Below, piece by piece: positions 9,029-17,100 of a DNA stretch of 22,312 bases; position 1 is the first letter of the stretch, and the number at the start of each line of letters is the position of its first letter. Under the pieces are notes generated by a model. The model saw only the letters and a list, made by a program, of their open reading frames with translations, ran no database searches and was not told the DNA's origin. The stretch lies in IMG/VR virus record IMGVR_UViG_3300038809_000021, positions 71,782 to 94,093 of that record; one strand, given 5' to 3'. The translations under genes were made by a program, and so were the position numbers. The DNA comes from a virus.

Positions 9029-9589
9029 ATGCCAGCTAAAAGAAAGCTGGTGCAAGGAGTGGGCGTCAATGACGCCCCTTTCTCTGTACCCACCAACGAC
9101 CCGATCTACCGTTCTTGGCTGAGAATGCTTTATCGTTGCTATGGCCCTCCTACAGTCCAAAGCGCCTCATACGTCGGCTGCACAGTTGAGCCGGCATGGC
9201 ACAGCTTCATGAATTTCAGAGAGTGGGTGCTGACCCAAGACTGGGAAGGCAACCAGCTCGACAAAGACCTTCTGGTTCCGGGCAACAAGGTGTACGGGCC
9301 GCTGCGTTGCTGTTTCGTCCCTCGCTACATCAACATGATCGGCCCACGTCTGCACACCCCATGTGTCAAACGCGAACCAAGAGGCAAACCCTGGGGCGCA
9401 CGCATCAATGCCAATGGGAAGTTCGTCTGGCTCGGCTCGTTCAACACAGAGCAAGAAGCAATCGACGCATGGAAGAAAGCGCGGTCAGAAGACGTGCTGA
9501 GACTGCTGTCCCGGTACCAGCTTGAGTCGAAGAAGCCTGACTCAAGAGTGGTGATCGCGTTACGTGCGGTGGCAGCAGGTCTAGTCTGA
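9029..9589 (+). CDS. HNH-AP2 homing endonuclease
   Basis: GVGVND, YRSWLRMLYRCY, W..F..FREW, LDKDLL..GNKVYGP..CCFVP..IN, then AP2-like WGARINANGKFVWLGSFNTEQEA. Confidence 0.88.
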   Translation: MPAKRKLVQGVGVNDAPFSVPTNDPIYRSWLRMLYRCYGPPTVQSASYVGCTVEPAWHSFMNFREWVLTQDWEGNQLDKDLLVPGNKVYGPLRCCFVPRYINMIGPRLHTPCVKREPRGKPWGARINANGKFVWLGSFNTEQEAIDAWKKARSEDVLRLLSRYQLESKKPDSRVVIALRAVAAGLV

Positions 9590-9635
9590 ATGGTAAAGTT
9601 AATGTGCCATCACGGCACAATAACTGGAGAGTGTA

Positions 9636-9812
9636 ATGGTCATCGCAAGAATTAACGTCATTGTCCTGCTCATTGCAATGGCGTTCTTTATCGAGCAGGG
9701 CATGTACTGGGGCTTCAATCTGATGCCGGGTAGTGATCGTGAGCTATTAGCTGACGGTTTCAACCTGATTCTGTTGGCATTGGCGTACCAAACACCCCGG
9801 AAAGTGATCTGA
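9636..9812 (+). CDS. Small membrane protein, 58 aa (absent from the ORF track)
   Basis: GGAGA SD followed by ATG 9636. Translates to MVIARINVIVLLIAMAFFIEQGMYWGFNLMPGSDRELLADGFNLILLALAYQTPRKVI*, with two hydrophobic segments. Confidence 0.75.
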   Translation: MVIARINVIVLLIAMAFFIEQGMYWGFNLMPGSDRELLADGFNLILLALAYQTPRKVI

Positions 9813-9827
9813 ACGTAAAATCGCCGC

Positions 9828-9852
9828 CGAAAATTTAGCGCGGAAATTTTCG
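9828..9852 (+). terminator. Hairpin or palindrome downstream of the small membrane gene
   Basis: 9-bp inverted repeat CGAAAATTT-agcgcgg-AAATTTTCG; AT-rich and without a clear U-tract. Confidence 0.3.
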
Positions 9853-9868
9853 TCCCTTACACAGCCGA

Positions 9869-9899
9869 CCAGATAGTCCCTGTCAGAGCGCGATATAGT
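9869..9899 (+). promoter_or_regulatory. Putative phage promoter CC-N8-CC-N13-TATAGT
   Basis: CC agatagtc CC tgtcagagcgcga TATAGT. Confidence 0.6.
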
Positions 9900-9930
9900 G
9901 AATCATCTAAATCGCGTTCTTTCAGGGACT
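9875..9930 (+). promoter_or_regulatory. Long imperfect hairpin covering the probable RBS of the gene at 9936
   Basis: Pairings AGTCCCTG/CAGGGACT, AGAGCGCGAT/ATCGCGTTCT and TAG/CTA. The right arm contains AGGGA just upstream of ATG 9936. Confidence 0.55.
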
Positions 9931-9935
9931 TCTTT

Positions 9936-10193
9936 ATGCGTACCTCAAAAGCAGTACAAATTTCAGGCTTGATTATGGTCCTCGCAGCCAGCGCCCTCAT
10001 GTTTGCAGTTGAGGCGCATGCCGGTGATCGCGGGTACTCCGTTGAGAAGAACGCCAGCGACGAGCGCGACACCTTCTACAACGACAGCAGCGTGGACGCT
10101 GACGGGCCAGAACAAGACCCGCGTTATGACGAAGACGACCCCCGTTATGACGCCATCGACAACGACACAAGCGAAGAAGGCGAAGACGAGTGA
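9936..10193 (+). CDS. Small exported acidic protein
   Basis: Signal-peptide-like N-terminus ending in AHA/G; mature part is D/E-rich and low-complexity. Confidence 0.75.
   Translation: MRTSKAVQISGLIMVLAASALMFAVEAHAGDRGYSVEKNASDERDTFYNDSSVDADGPEQDPRYDEDDPRYDAIDNDTSEEGEDE
10116..10152 (+). repeat. In-frame direct repeat encoding DPRYD twice
   Basis: GACCCGCGTTATGACG and GACCCCCGTTATGACG, with a 21-nt period. Confidence 0.7.
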
Positions 10194-11194
10194 ACAAGCA
10201 CGACAAGACCTACCTGGACACCTGCAAGAGTCTGCTGGAGAACGGCTTCCCAAGCGATGATCGCACCGGTACCGGCACCATCAAGGACTTCGGTCTGCAC
10301 ATGCGTTTCCCCATGAAACACGGCTTCCCTCTGCTGACCACCAAGAAAGTGCCAATCCGGCTGATCGAGCTTGAGCTGCGCATGTTCCTGCTGGGCATCA
10401 CCGACAACAACTTCCTGAAAGACCAAGACGTTCACATCTGGGATGCTTTCGCGAACGACGATGGCTACCTGGGTGAGATTTACGGCGCAATGTGGCGTCG
10501 TTGGCCGGGCAAGGGCACAGCTCACTTCTCGGCAGCAGAAGGTAGCTGGGTCAGCTATGAGCGAATCGACCAGATTGCCGAACTGATGAAAATGCTGCGC
10601 GAGAACCCGAACAGCCGTCGCAAGCTGGTATCGGGCTGGAACCCGGCTCTGCTGCCAGTTGAGGGCGTATCGCACGCAGATAACGTCAACGCCGGTCTGC
10701 AAGCGCTGCCGCCATGTCACACCATGTGGCAGGTTCACTGTCGCAACCTGACGATCCCCGAGCGCGAAGCGATCCACAAAGAGAAGAACGGTGGTCGACT
10801 GATCGGCAGCAAGACCGAAGAATTCCGGCATCAAGTGCTGGATCGTCTCGATGTTCCCCGCATTGGTGTCAGCTTGCAGCTTTATCAGCGCAGCGCCGAC
10901 ATGTTCCTGGGTGTGCCGTTCAACATCGCTTCCTACAGCCTGTTGCTGCACTACATCGCAGCCAGCCTGGGTATGCAGCCAATCGACTTCATCTGGAACG
11001 GCGGTGACTGTCACATCTACAACAACCACGTCGAGCAGATGCAGACGCAGATTGCCAGGCTGAAAGAGTGCCCGGCCAGCCCACAACTGTGGATTGGCAA
11101 CCCGAAAGACGATCTGTGGGATTACACTGCGGACGACATCGAGCTGCGCAACTACTTCCCAATGGCAGCGATTAAAGGAGCTGTAGCGGTATGA
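10190..11194 (+). CDS. thyA: Thymidylate synthase
   Basis: DRTGTGT, FPLLTTKK, NPNSRR, ALPPCH (catalytic Cys), LYQRSADMFLGVPFNIASY (dUMP-specifying Asn) and GDCHIYNNH; about 40-aa insertion after PPCH. GTGA overlap start. Confidence 0.97.
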   Translation: MNKHDKTYLDTCKSLLENGFPSDDRTGTGTIKDFGLHMRFPMKHGFPLLTTKKVPIRLIELELRMFLLGITDNNFLKDQDVHIWDAFANDDGYLGEIYGAMWRRWPGKGTAHFSAAEGSWVSYERIDQIAELMKMLRENPNSRRKLVSGWNPALLPVEGVSHADNVNAGLQALPPCHTMWQVHCRNLTIPEREAIHKEKNGGRLIGSKTEEFRHQVLDRLDVPRIGVSLQLYQRSADMFLGVPFNIASYSLLLHYIAASLGMQPIDFIWNGGDCHIYNNHVEQMQTQIARLKECPASPQLWIGNPKDDLWDYTADDIELRNYFPMAAIKGAVAV

Positions 11195-11400
11195 CTACCA
11201 AGAAGTTGATGGAGCCGGGCGACTTGAAAGAGCCCGGTCACTACTGGTGGTTGCCTGAGTACCTGGCAGACCACCCCGAGCTGGAAGAAAACTGGCAGAT
11301 GATCTTCTGGGAGCGCAACACCGGCGGCCCTCGTGATCGTAAAGGTTTCTTCCAGGGTCCGATTCTCCCGCCCACCAAATCAAAGGTGCCTGCAAAATGA
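11191..11400 (+). CDS. Small Trp/Pro-rich hypothetical protein
   Basis: 69 aa, with ATGA overlaps at both ends. Confidence 0.7.
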   Translation: MTTKKLMEPGDLKEPGHYWWLPEYLADHPELEENWQMIFWERNTGGPRDRKGFFQGPILPPTKSKVPAK

Positions 11401-12245
11401 CATTGGTCAGACAGCTCTCTATTGCGCTGACTGCTGACGGTGAGGTTGGCGATGGTGCCAACCTGCTGTTCACCAGCAATCGCGATTTCAGGAATTTCTC
11501 GCTCTACACCGCCAACACGGCGATGATCATGGGCTTCAATACTGCGGAACAGTTGATCAAGTCCGGTGTTGAGCCAACTCACCTGCGCCCCTGGGTTGTG
11601 GTGAGCGGCGAGCGGTTCATCAAGCATCGTTCCCCGAACGTGTTCTACGTGGACAACCTGCCGATGGCCTACGAGGTTGCCGGAGACGTTTGCCACAACC
11701 ATCATCAACTGATGGGCTGGACTGTCATTGGCGGGATTCAGATTTTCGAAGCAGTGATCGAGGCGCTGGCGAAAAATCTGCACCTGACCAGCTATTACAT
11801 GTGCCGAATCGAAGCGGCGGCTGAGACATCGACGGGCGCTGGGCCTTTCTTGTCGCTGACAAAGAACGCAGCAGAGCTGGAAACGTTGCTCAAACGCAAC
11901 ATGATCGACGCACAGACGCGTGCCGTTGTAGCTGATGTCGTATTGCTCGACAGCGAGAACGAAGCACAGCGCGCAGCGTGCGCGTTCAAGGTCGTCACCG
12001 ACAAGGGTGTATTCGACGACACCGGCATTGACGCACGCGGGCCGTTGCTGATCATCGATACCGCGCACAACGGCGTCACGCACATCCCATTCAACGAAAT
12101 CGCCGGCTTCAACGAAGAGCATGGGAAGGATGTCATCACCATCTTTACTCGAAGCTCGGGCGCGCACATGATTCGTCTCGAATCGGGCAAACCCGGCCTG
12201 GCTTTCCTCAAGCAGCAACTCACCATCATCCTCAACGAGAGATAA
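11397..12245 (+). CDS. Divergent dihydrofolate reductase-like protein with extra C-terminal domain
   Basis: LSIALTADGEVGDGANLLF...DFRNFSLYT...IMGFNT...RPWVVVS...VIGGIQIF follows the DHFR motif order; lies two genes after thyA; 282 aa versus about 160 aa for typical DHFR. Confidence 0.75.
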   Translation: MTLVRQLSIALTADGEVGDGANLLFTSNRDFRNFSLYTANTAMIMGFNTAEQLIKSGVEPTHLRPWVVVSGERFIKHRSPNVFYVDNLPMAYEVAGDVCHNHHQLMGWTVIGGIQIFEAVIEALAKNLHLTSYYMCRIEAAAETSTGAGPFLSLTKNAAELETLLKRNMIDAQTRAVVADVVLLDSENEAQRAACAFKVVTDKGVFDDTGIDARGPLLIIDTAHNGVTHIPFNEIAGFNEEHGKDVITIFTRSSGAHMIRLESGKPGLAFLKQQLTIILNER

Positions 12246-12248
12246 CCA

Positions 12249-12917
12249 ATGACCATTCGTCACCCGCAGTACATTCTGGCAGTCAACACGAAGGCGATCA
12301 TCGAAGGGCTCAATCTGAAAGAAGGCTTGAACGCCTGCTCCCTCGACATCTTCGTGGCCGCTGCACAGAACCACCTGGTGATTCGTCAGCGCGAGCAACT
12401 GGAAAAAGACGAGACTGCGCTGCAAATTCTCCCGTACTTGCCAATTATCAAGTCGTCTCCGCGGCAGCCGACCCGCTTCAAAGCGTATCGTCGTGGGAAA
12501 GGCGTCGGTGAAAGTCGTCTGAGCGGTAACGTCAGCGCTGCATTCGGCGGTCACGTTGATCTGCCGGACGTAGCGCACGTCGATGGCGTGATTGATCTGA
12601 AACAGACAGTCATGCAAGCCGCAGTGCGTGAAGTTGCCGAAGAGCTGCTGTTCGATGGCGTGGCCGGCGCCGAAGATGATCTGCAAATCGTGGACATCGG
12701 TCTGATCCTGGACACGAGCGATGCAGTTGGCCGGGTTCACCTGGGCGTGGTGCTGGGCGTCATGCTCCCAGAAAACCGCAACTGCACGACCGTCGAAGAA
12801 GAGCTTGAGGACATGCCGTTCCTCACTGCTGACGAGCTGCTGTCCTCGGGTCTGCCAATCGAGAGCTGGACTCGCATCCTGCTGAACTTCTTCAAGAAAA
12901 TGGAAGGCGAAGAATGA
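12249..12917 (+). CDS. Nudix hydrolase, YmaB/COG4112-like
   Basis: R..LEKD...LQILPY, YRR..G.GESRL, FGGHVD, AAVREVAEEL (Nudix box), GLILD..DAVGRVHLG and ESWT. Confidence 0.85.
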   Translation: MTIRHPQYILAVNTKAIIEGLNLKEGLNACSLDIFVAAAQNHLVIRQREQLEKDETALQILPYLPIIKSSPRQPTRFKAYRRGKGVGESRLSGNVSAAFGGHVDLPDVAHVDGVIDLKQTVMQAAVREVAEELLFDGVAGAEDDLQIVDIGLILDTSDAVGRVHLGVVLGVMLPENRNCTTVEEELEDMPFLTADELLSSGLPIESWTRILLNFFKKMEGEE

Positions 12918-13504
12918 AGCTGATCGGTCTAACTGGCGCACACGGCACCGGCAAGACCACCCTGGCAGCGAAAGCTGCTGGGGAGTTCGGCTGGGAGTTC
13001 GCGAAAACTGACGTCTCCGGCGTCTATCTCAAGCAGGGTCTGGATCCACGCGAAAGCATGAGCCTGATCACTCGCCTGTCGGTGCAGCAGGAGATTCTTG
13101 ATCTGCACCGCGAGCAGTGGAATCAACTGCGCAGGGTTTGCCCGACAGACCACGTTGTCGTGACAGACCGCACGCCGTACTGCTTCATCGCCTTCATGCT
13201 GGCCGAAATCAGTGGCTACGGGAAGCTGAACCCGGTGCAGGACGCAGCAGTCGTCAACTACGTGAACGAGTGCCATCAGGTAGCGGAAGAGCTGTTCGAT
13301 ATGGTCTGCTACATCCCGCGCTCGATCCCGTTCGTCCCGGCTACTCACAAGGTGCAAGCTGTGGCGAGTGAGGCGTACCGTGAACACTGGGATATGCTGA
13401 TCCAGGGCATTCTCTTTGGTCGCGCACCCAATCACTGGGAAATCAGCGCGGTGAACATCGAAGATCGACTGAAAGAGCTGAGTGCCGTCGCTTCTGCCGT
13501 GTAA
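12914..13504 (+). CDS. P-loop nucleotide kinase (AAA_28/dNMP-kinase-like)
   Basis: Walker A GAHGTGKTT near the N-terminus and VVTDRT (DR motif of nucleotide kinases). Confidence 0.8.
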   Translation: MKLIGLTGAHGTGKTTLAAKAAGEFGWEFAKTDVSGVYLKQGLDPRESMSLITRLSVQQEILDLHREQWNQLRRVCPTDHVVVTDRTPYCFIAFMLAEISGYGKLNPVQDAAVVNYVNECHQVAEELFDMVCYIPRSIPFVPATHKVQAVASEAYREHWDMLIQGILFGRAPNHWEISAVNIEDRLKELSAVASAV

Positions 13505-13527
13505 GCCCGCAACACAAATGACAGACT
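13497..13527 (+). promoter_or_regulatory. Putative phage promoter CC-N8-CC-N13-CAGACT
   Basis: CC gtgtaagc CC gcaacacaaatga CAGACT; the -10 hexamer is weaker than at other sites. Confidence 0.45.
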
Positions 13528-13553
13528 GTCTCTCACAAGAGCAGTCTGTTTTT
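13521..13553 (+). terminator. Intrinsic terminator after the thyA-kinase cluster
   Basis: ACAGACTG(T)CTCT-caca-AGAGCAGTCTGT followed by a T-run. Confidence 0.65.
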
Positions 13554-13574
13554 ATTGACGAGAGGAAAGTGGGA

Positions 13575-13925
13575 ATGAATCGCAAGCGTCGTATAGCAGC
13601 CAGTGTTTTGGCAATCATGGTTGGCTACGGTCTCTACCTCTGGGTCAATGGTGAAGAGAAGCCCAAGCAGGACATGAATGACCGGATCATCGCTCAAACT
13701 GTCAAGTGCGTATCGGCCGGCCTGGAGCCAGAAATTGAGCGCACCAATGCCGTCTTCGGCGTCTCTGATCAGTTCATCGTCGTCTGCAAGCCACCTGGCG
13801 GCAAAGAATCGAATCTGGATCGCATGATGCGTCAGATGGGTCTGCCGGAGCGCGGGTCTGTGAAGAAGCAGGAGCCAACCGTCAACACTGAAAGCTTTGA
13901 ATACAAACAGAAAAGGACCGAATGA
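13575..13925 (+). CDS. Membrane-anchored hypothetical protein
   Basis: GAGGA SD; MNRKRR followed by one TM helix; Cys pair in the soluble part. Confidence 0.75.
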   Translation: MNRKRRIAASVLAIMVGYGLYLWVNGEEKPKQDMNDRIIAQTVKCVSAGLEPEIERTNAVFGVSDQFIVVCKPPGGKESNLDRMMRQMGLPERGSVKKQEPTVNTESFEYKQKRTE

Positions 13926-14122
13926 TGAAAAAGTTTCTTGCAACTGCGGGCGTCGTTGTCGTGTTTCTCCTGATTGCAGCCGCTGTCACCGCCGGTGTTC
14001 GCTATTTCAGCAGCGTGACGACTCGCCTGGACGTGCTGACGCCGAAGCCGGGTGTCGAGTGTGTTCTCGCTTCCACTGCCGATGGCGCCGCCCTGGCCTG
14101 CAACTGGAGTACGCCGAAGTGA
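13922..14122 (+). CDS. Small membrane-anchored protein
   Basis: MMKK followed by a hydrophobic helix; PKPGVEC...LACNW Cys pair. Confidence 0.75.
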   Translation: MMKKFLATAGVVVVFLLIAAAVTAGVRYFSSVTTRLDVLTPKPGVECVLASTADGAALACNWSTPK

Positions 14123-14544
14123 GCCGCCTGACTCGTGAAATGTGGCTGCTGGCCGCGAAGCGTGGTGACACCAACGACTCTTTCGCAGACTGGCAAGAGA
14201 AGATGTCCGAAGGTCACGACGCCCGGAACATCCGCTTCAAGTGCAGCAGGCGTGAGCTGGCAGCAATTCTGACCGGGCTGAACTTCGTCCACGCACGGTT
14301 GCAGTGCGACCCGGAGTTTGCAGCCACGACCGAAGAGCTGCGCGACATCATGACCGATGGCGGCACCATCAGTCTGATCACCGCTGAACAGGTCAATCAA
14401 CTGGCTGACGATCTGAACAGCGGCGCTGTAGACCCAGTTCTGGCCTATCTGTTCACGGAAGCTGACGGCAAGGTCGTTACAGTGGGCACCAAGCCTCCTA
14501 CAGCGCGTTGCAGGCTGAAAGTCGTCAATCTGGTGGCTCAGTGA
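14119..14544 (+). CDS. Hypothetical protein
   Basis: GTGA overlap start (MSRLTREMW...), taken from within the 13897 ORF. Confidence 0.7.
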   Translation: MSRLTREMWLLAAKRGDTNDSFADWQEKMSEGHDARNIRFKCSRRELAAILTGLNFVHARLQCDPEFAATTEELRDIMTDGGTISLITAEQVNQLADDLNSGAVDPVLAYLFTEADGKVVTVGTKPPTARCRLKVVNLVAQ

Positions 14545-14984
14545 GCGGGCGGGAAGAACGCAGCGCACGCATGCACCAGCGACTTGAGCGGGAAGCGCAG
14601 CGACAGCGCACCGAGTACATCAAGTCGCTGGAGAGCGAGCTGCAAGCGCTCAAAGCCCTGGTCTGGGCCGCTGTCGAAGACCAGATGGATCACGTCAATG
14701 TTCACCCGTGCGACGAACACAGCGAAGACGTCAAAGCGCGGGGAATGCCACCCGTTTATCAGGAACTGTACAAGGCGGTCAAAATGCAGGCAGATAACAA
14801 ACCGCTTTCGATTCACTTCAACGCTGACAGCGTGACAATCGAAGGCATCACCTATTCGAACGACATGTTCCGCCAGTTCGGCGGGCTCATGCCGCTCAAT
14901 CAGACCTTCCGTCTGGTGCAGCGCAGCACCGGTATCAGCTCGGGGAGCATCACCGTCGAGTACGTGGATCAGGAGAAGAAATGA
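14541..14984 (+). CDS. Hypothetical protein
   Basis: GTGA overlap start; N-terminal coiled coil. Confidence 0.7.
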   Translation: MSGREERSARMHQRLEREAQRQRTEYIKSLESELQALKALVWAAVEDQMDHVNVHPCDEHSEDVKARGMPPVYQELYKAVKMQADNKPLSIHFNADSVTIEGITYSNDMFRQFGGLMPLNQTFRLVQRSTGISSGSITVEYVDQEKK

Positions 14985-15172
14985 AGCGACTGCTGGTTGT
15001 ACGCTTCCCAAATGGCACCTGGAGCTATGGCGGGAAAGAATCGGACCCGGATTATAAGCATTGCGAGAAATACTGGGTAGAAACCAACAAGTCCAGTCTT
15101 GAGCCAAAGCAGGCCATCAAGATTGCGCAGGGTCGCCGATCACGGGCGAAGAAGGCTGAACATGGCGATTGA
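14981..15172 (+). CDS. Small basic hypothetical protein
   Basis: 63 aa; GGAG SD; ATGA overlap. Confidence 0.7.
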   Translation: MKRLLVVRFPNGTWSYGGKESDPDYKHCEKYWVETNKSSLEPKQAIKIAQGRRSRAKKAEHGD

Positions 15173-15578
15173 AATCAAAATCGACGACGCGGTGATCCAG
15201 AAGCTGGCCGACGAAGCAGTTCAGCGGGCGGTGAAGTCCACCGTTGAAAGCTCGTCGGTCATCAAGCAGGCTGTCGAGAAAGCGATCGCCAGCGTGAAGA
15301 TCGACACTAAGCAAATCGAAGACGCCGTAACCCAGTCGATCAAGGACGTCACCAGCAACCCGGCGTTCCTGAATGACCTGGTTCGAGCAGCGATCTTGAA
15401 GGGCGCTGACAAGCTGACCGGCTCGTTCGACGCCAGCCTGCGCGCAGCAGGCAAGAAACTCGCAATGGATCCAGACACGCTTGAAGAGGTGGCCGCTGGC
15501 GTCAAAGCGAAACTATCCGTCGAAGCACAAGAACGCCTGGCTGACTACGAAGCCAAAGGCATGGGAAAATTTGCATGA
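15162..15578 (+). CDS. Hypothetical helical protein with degenerate C-terminal tag MGKFA
   Basis: Starts MAIEIKIDD; Ala/Lys-rich helices. Confidence 0.75.
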   Translation: MAIEIKIDDAVIQKLADEAVQRAVKSTVESSSVIKQAVEKAIASVKIDTKQIEDAVTQSIKDVTSNPAFLNDLVRAAILKGADKLTGSFDASLRAAGKKLAMDPDTLEEVAAGVKAKLSVEAQERLADYEAKGMGKFA

Positions 15579-16021
15579 AAAAGTTCGTGGACAAAGTGTC
15601 GAGACTGGAAGGGAAAGCCAAGCGCAAGCTGCTGCAAAAGCAGGCGCGTGAGCATGATCGCCAGGCCCGCAAGTTTCGCCAAGACGCAATGAAGCTGGGC
15701 TGTGAGCTGGCAGTAGCAGGTGAGAATCTCTACAACAAGCACCATCCGGTCTACGAAGAGCTGATCATGCCTTTGCTGGATGAAGCAGCTCGACTGGCCA
15801 ACAAGTACGGCTTCAACGTGCTGTATCAGACGCACACTCCGCTGCCGGGTCAGCCTATGTACAGCCACGCAATCGGTAGCATGGACAGTCGCACTGTCAC
15901 GCCAACCATGAAGGCTTGCGTCGATCTGATCCAGGCTCGCCCGAAGCTGAGCAGCACTGCCGCTGAGCTGATCACTGACCGTGCAGAGCCAGCACCGAAG
16001 AGCGATACTGACGCAACGTAA
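15575..16021 (+). CDS. Hypothetical protein
   Basis: 148 aa; ATGA overlap. Confidence 0.7.
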   Translation: MKKFVDKVSRLEGKAKRKLLQKQAREHDRQARKFRQDAMKLGCELAVAGENLYNKHHPVYEELIMPLLDEAARLANKYGFNVLYQTHTPLPGQPMYSHAIGSMDSRTVTPTMKACVDLIQARPKLSSTAAELITDRAEPAPKSDTDAT

Positions 16022-16036
16022 TAAAGCGAGAAGGTC

Positions 16037-16468
16037 ATGACCGATCAACCAACAGTGGAAGAAGAGCTTCTCCGTAAAGCGGGCGAAGCTCTTTCGTGGC
16101 TTGCAAACGAGCGCGAGCGTGGGTCGATCACCAAAGAGGCGTACATCGCTGCTCTCCAGGCTTTCGATATGATCTGCCTGGGTTTGGTGCCGACTGAGTA
16201 CAGCGACTGGGCCAAAGGTGAGCGCGACAAGGCAAGCATCGAAATCCCGGACAGCGTGTTGATGCGCAAGCTCAACCGTCTCGTTCGGGTGTCTCTGCGC
16301 CGCAAGATGGGTGAAATCAAGATCACGACGATTGACCCTGACGTTGGCGCGCATCATAAATTCCTGCAATTCGAAGACGAACTCGATCCCATCAAGGCTG
16401 CGTGCAAGCGCTACCCGAAGGTGATCGATAAGCTTTGGGATGCCGGGTTCAGGCAGGTGATGGAATGA
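16037..16468 (+). CDS. Hypothetical protein
   Basis: 143 aa; GAGAAGG upstream of the ATG. Confidence 0.75.
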   Translation: MTDQPTVEEELLRKAGEALSWLANERERGSITKEAYIAALQAFDMICLGLVPTEYSDWAKGERDKASIEIPDSVLMRKLNRLVRVSLRRKMGEIKITTIDPDVGAHHKFLQFEDELDPIKAACKRYPKVIDKLWDAGFRQVME

Positions 16469-17031
16469 AGCCGTTGATCATTGCAGTGGGTGACATCGAG
16501 ACCACAGGTTTCAAGCAGGAAGATGGGCATCGAATCATCGAAATCGCACTGAGCTTTTTCCAGTACGACCAGACGATTCACACGCATCACAAGATCGGCA
16601 AGACCTGGGTCCAGCGAATCAATCCGCATCGCCCGATCGATCCCGGCGCCGAAGCAGTTCACAAGATCAGCCTGGCCATGCTGCGCGGTGCGCCCAAGTG
16701 GGAAGATGTCGCGCCCACAGTGAGCGAGCTGCTGAGCAAGACCGATCTGTTCGTGGCGCACAACGCCGACTTCGATGCTCCCTGGATCGCGCTTGAGCTG
16801 ATCCGAGTCAAGCAGCCCATGCCGACGTTCAACGTGTTCTGCACCATGCAGAACGGTCGAGCAGCGACACCGATGGGTAAAGTGCCCAACCTGGGCGAGC
16901 TGGCCTACGCATGTGGGTTCGATTACGACCCGGATGCAGCGCACAGTGCCAAGTACGACACCGACTTGCTCGCCCAATGCTATTGGAAAGGCATTGAAAT
17001 GAAGATGTTTCCCCGCCCAACCGATCTTTGA
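16465..17031 (+). CDS. DEDDh 3'-5' exonuclease (DnaQ/Pol III epsilon-like)
   Basis: ExoI DIETTG, HRIIEIA, ExoII VAHNADFD and ExoIII AHSAKYD. Confidence 0.92.
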   Translation: MKPLIIAVGDIETTGFKQEDGHRIIEIALSFFQYDQTIHTHHKIGKTWVQRINPHRPIDPGAEAVHKISLAMLRGAPKWEDVAPTVSELLSKTDLFVAHNADFDAPWIALELIRVKQPMPTFNVFCTMQNGRAATPMGKVPNLGELAYACGFDYDPDAAHSAKYDTDLLAQCYWKGIEMKMFPRPTDL

Positions 17032-17034
17032 ACG

Positions 17035-17065
17035 CCACACTATGCCTGTCACGACAGCGCATAGT
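17035..17065 (+). promoter_or_regulatory. Putative phage promoter CC-N8-CC-N13-CATAGT inside the 17037-17067 inverted repeat
   Basis: CC acactatg CC tgtcacgacagcg CATAGT; shares CCTGTCA...ATAGTG with the 9869 site. Confidence 0.55.
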
Positions 17066-17100
17066 GTCTCTACAGAACAGCGCAGCATCAGGAGAAAACG

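Noticed and set aside
9813-9935. tRNA or other known ncRNA in the structured intergenic region
   Set aside because: No cloverleaf or T-loop GTTCRA; the region is explained by two simple hairpins.
10190-11194. thyA as a dCMP hydroxymethylase or part of a DNA base-modification system
   Set aside because: The specificity residue is Asn (PFNIASY), the motifs are canonical, a DHFR-like gene is nearby, and no glycosyltransferase or other modification genes are visible.
3213-11194. Introns or inteins in nrdA, nrdB or thyA
   Set aside because: All three frames are continuous and of normal length, and the HNH genes are free-standing. The roughly 40-aa thyA insertion lacks intein termini.
11241-12941. 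566-aa minus-strand ORF and the other minus-strand ORFs in the track
   Set aside because: They lie antisense to well-supported plus-strand genes and have no protein-family signal.
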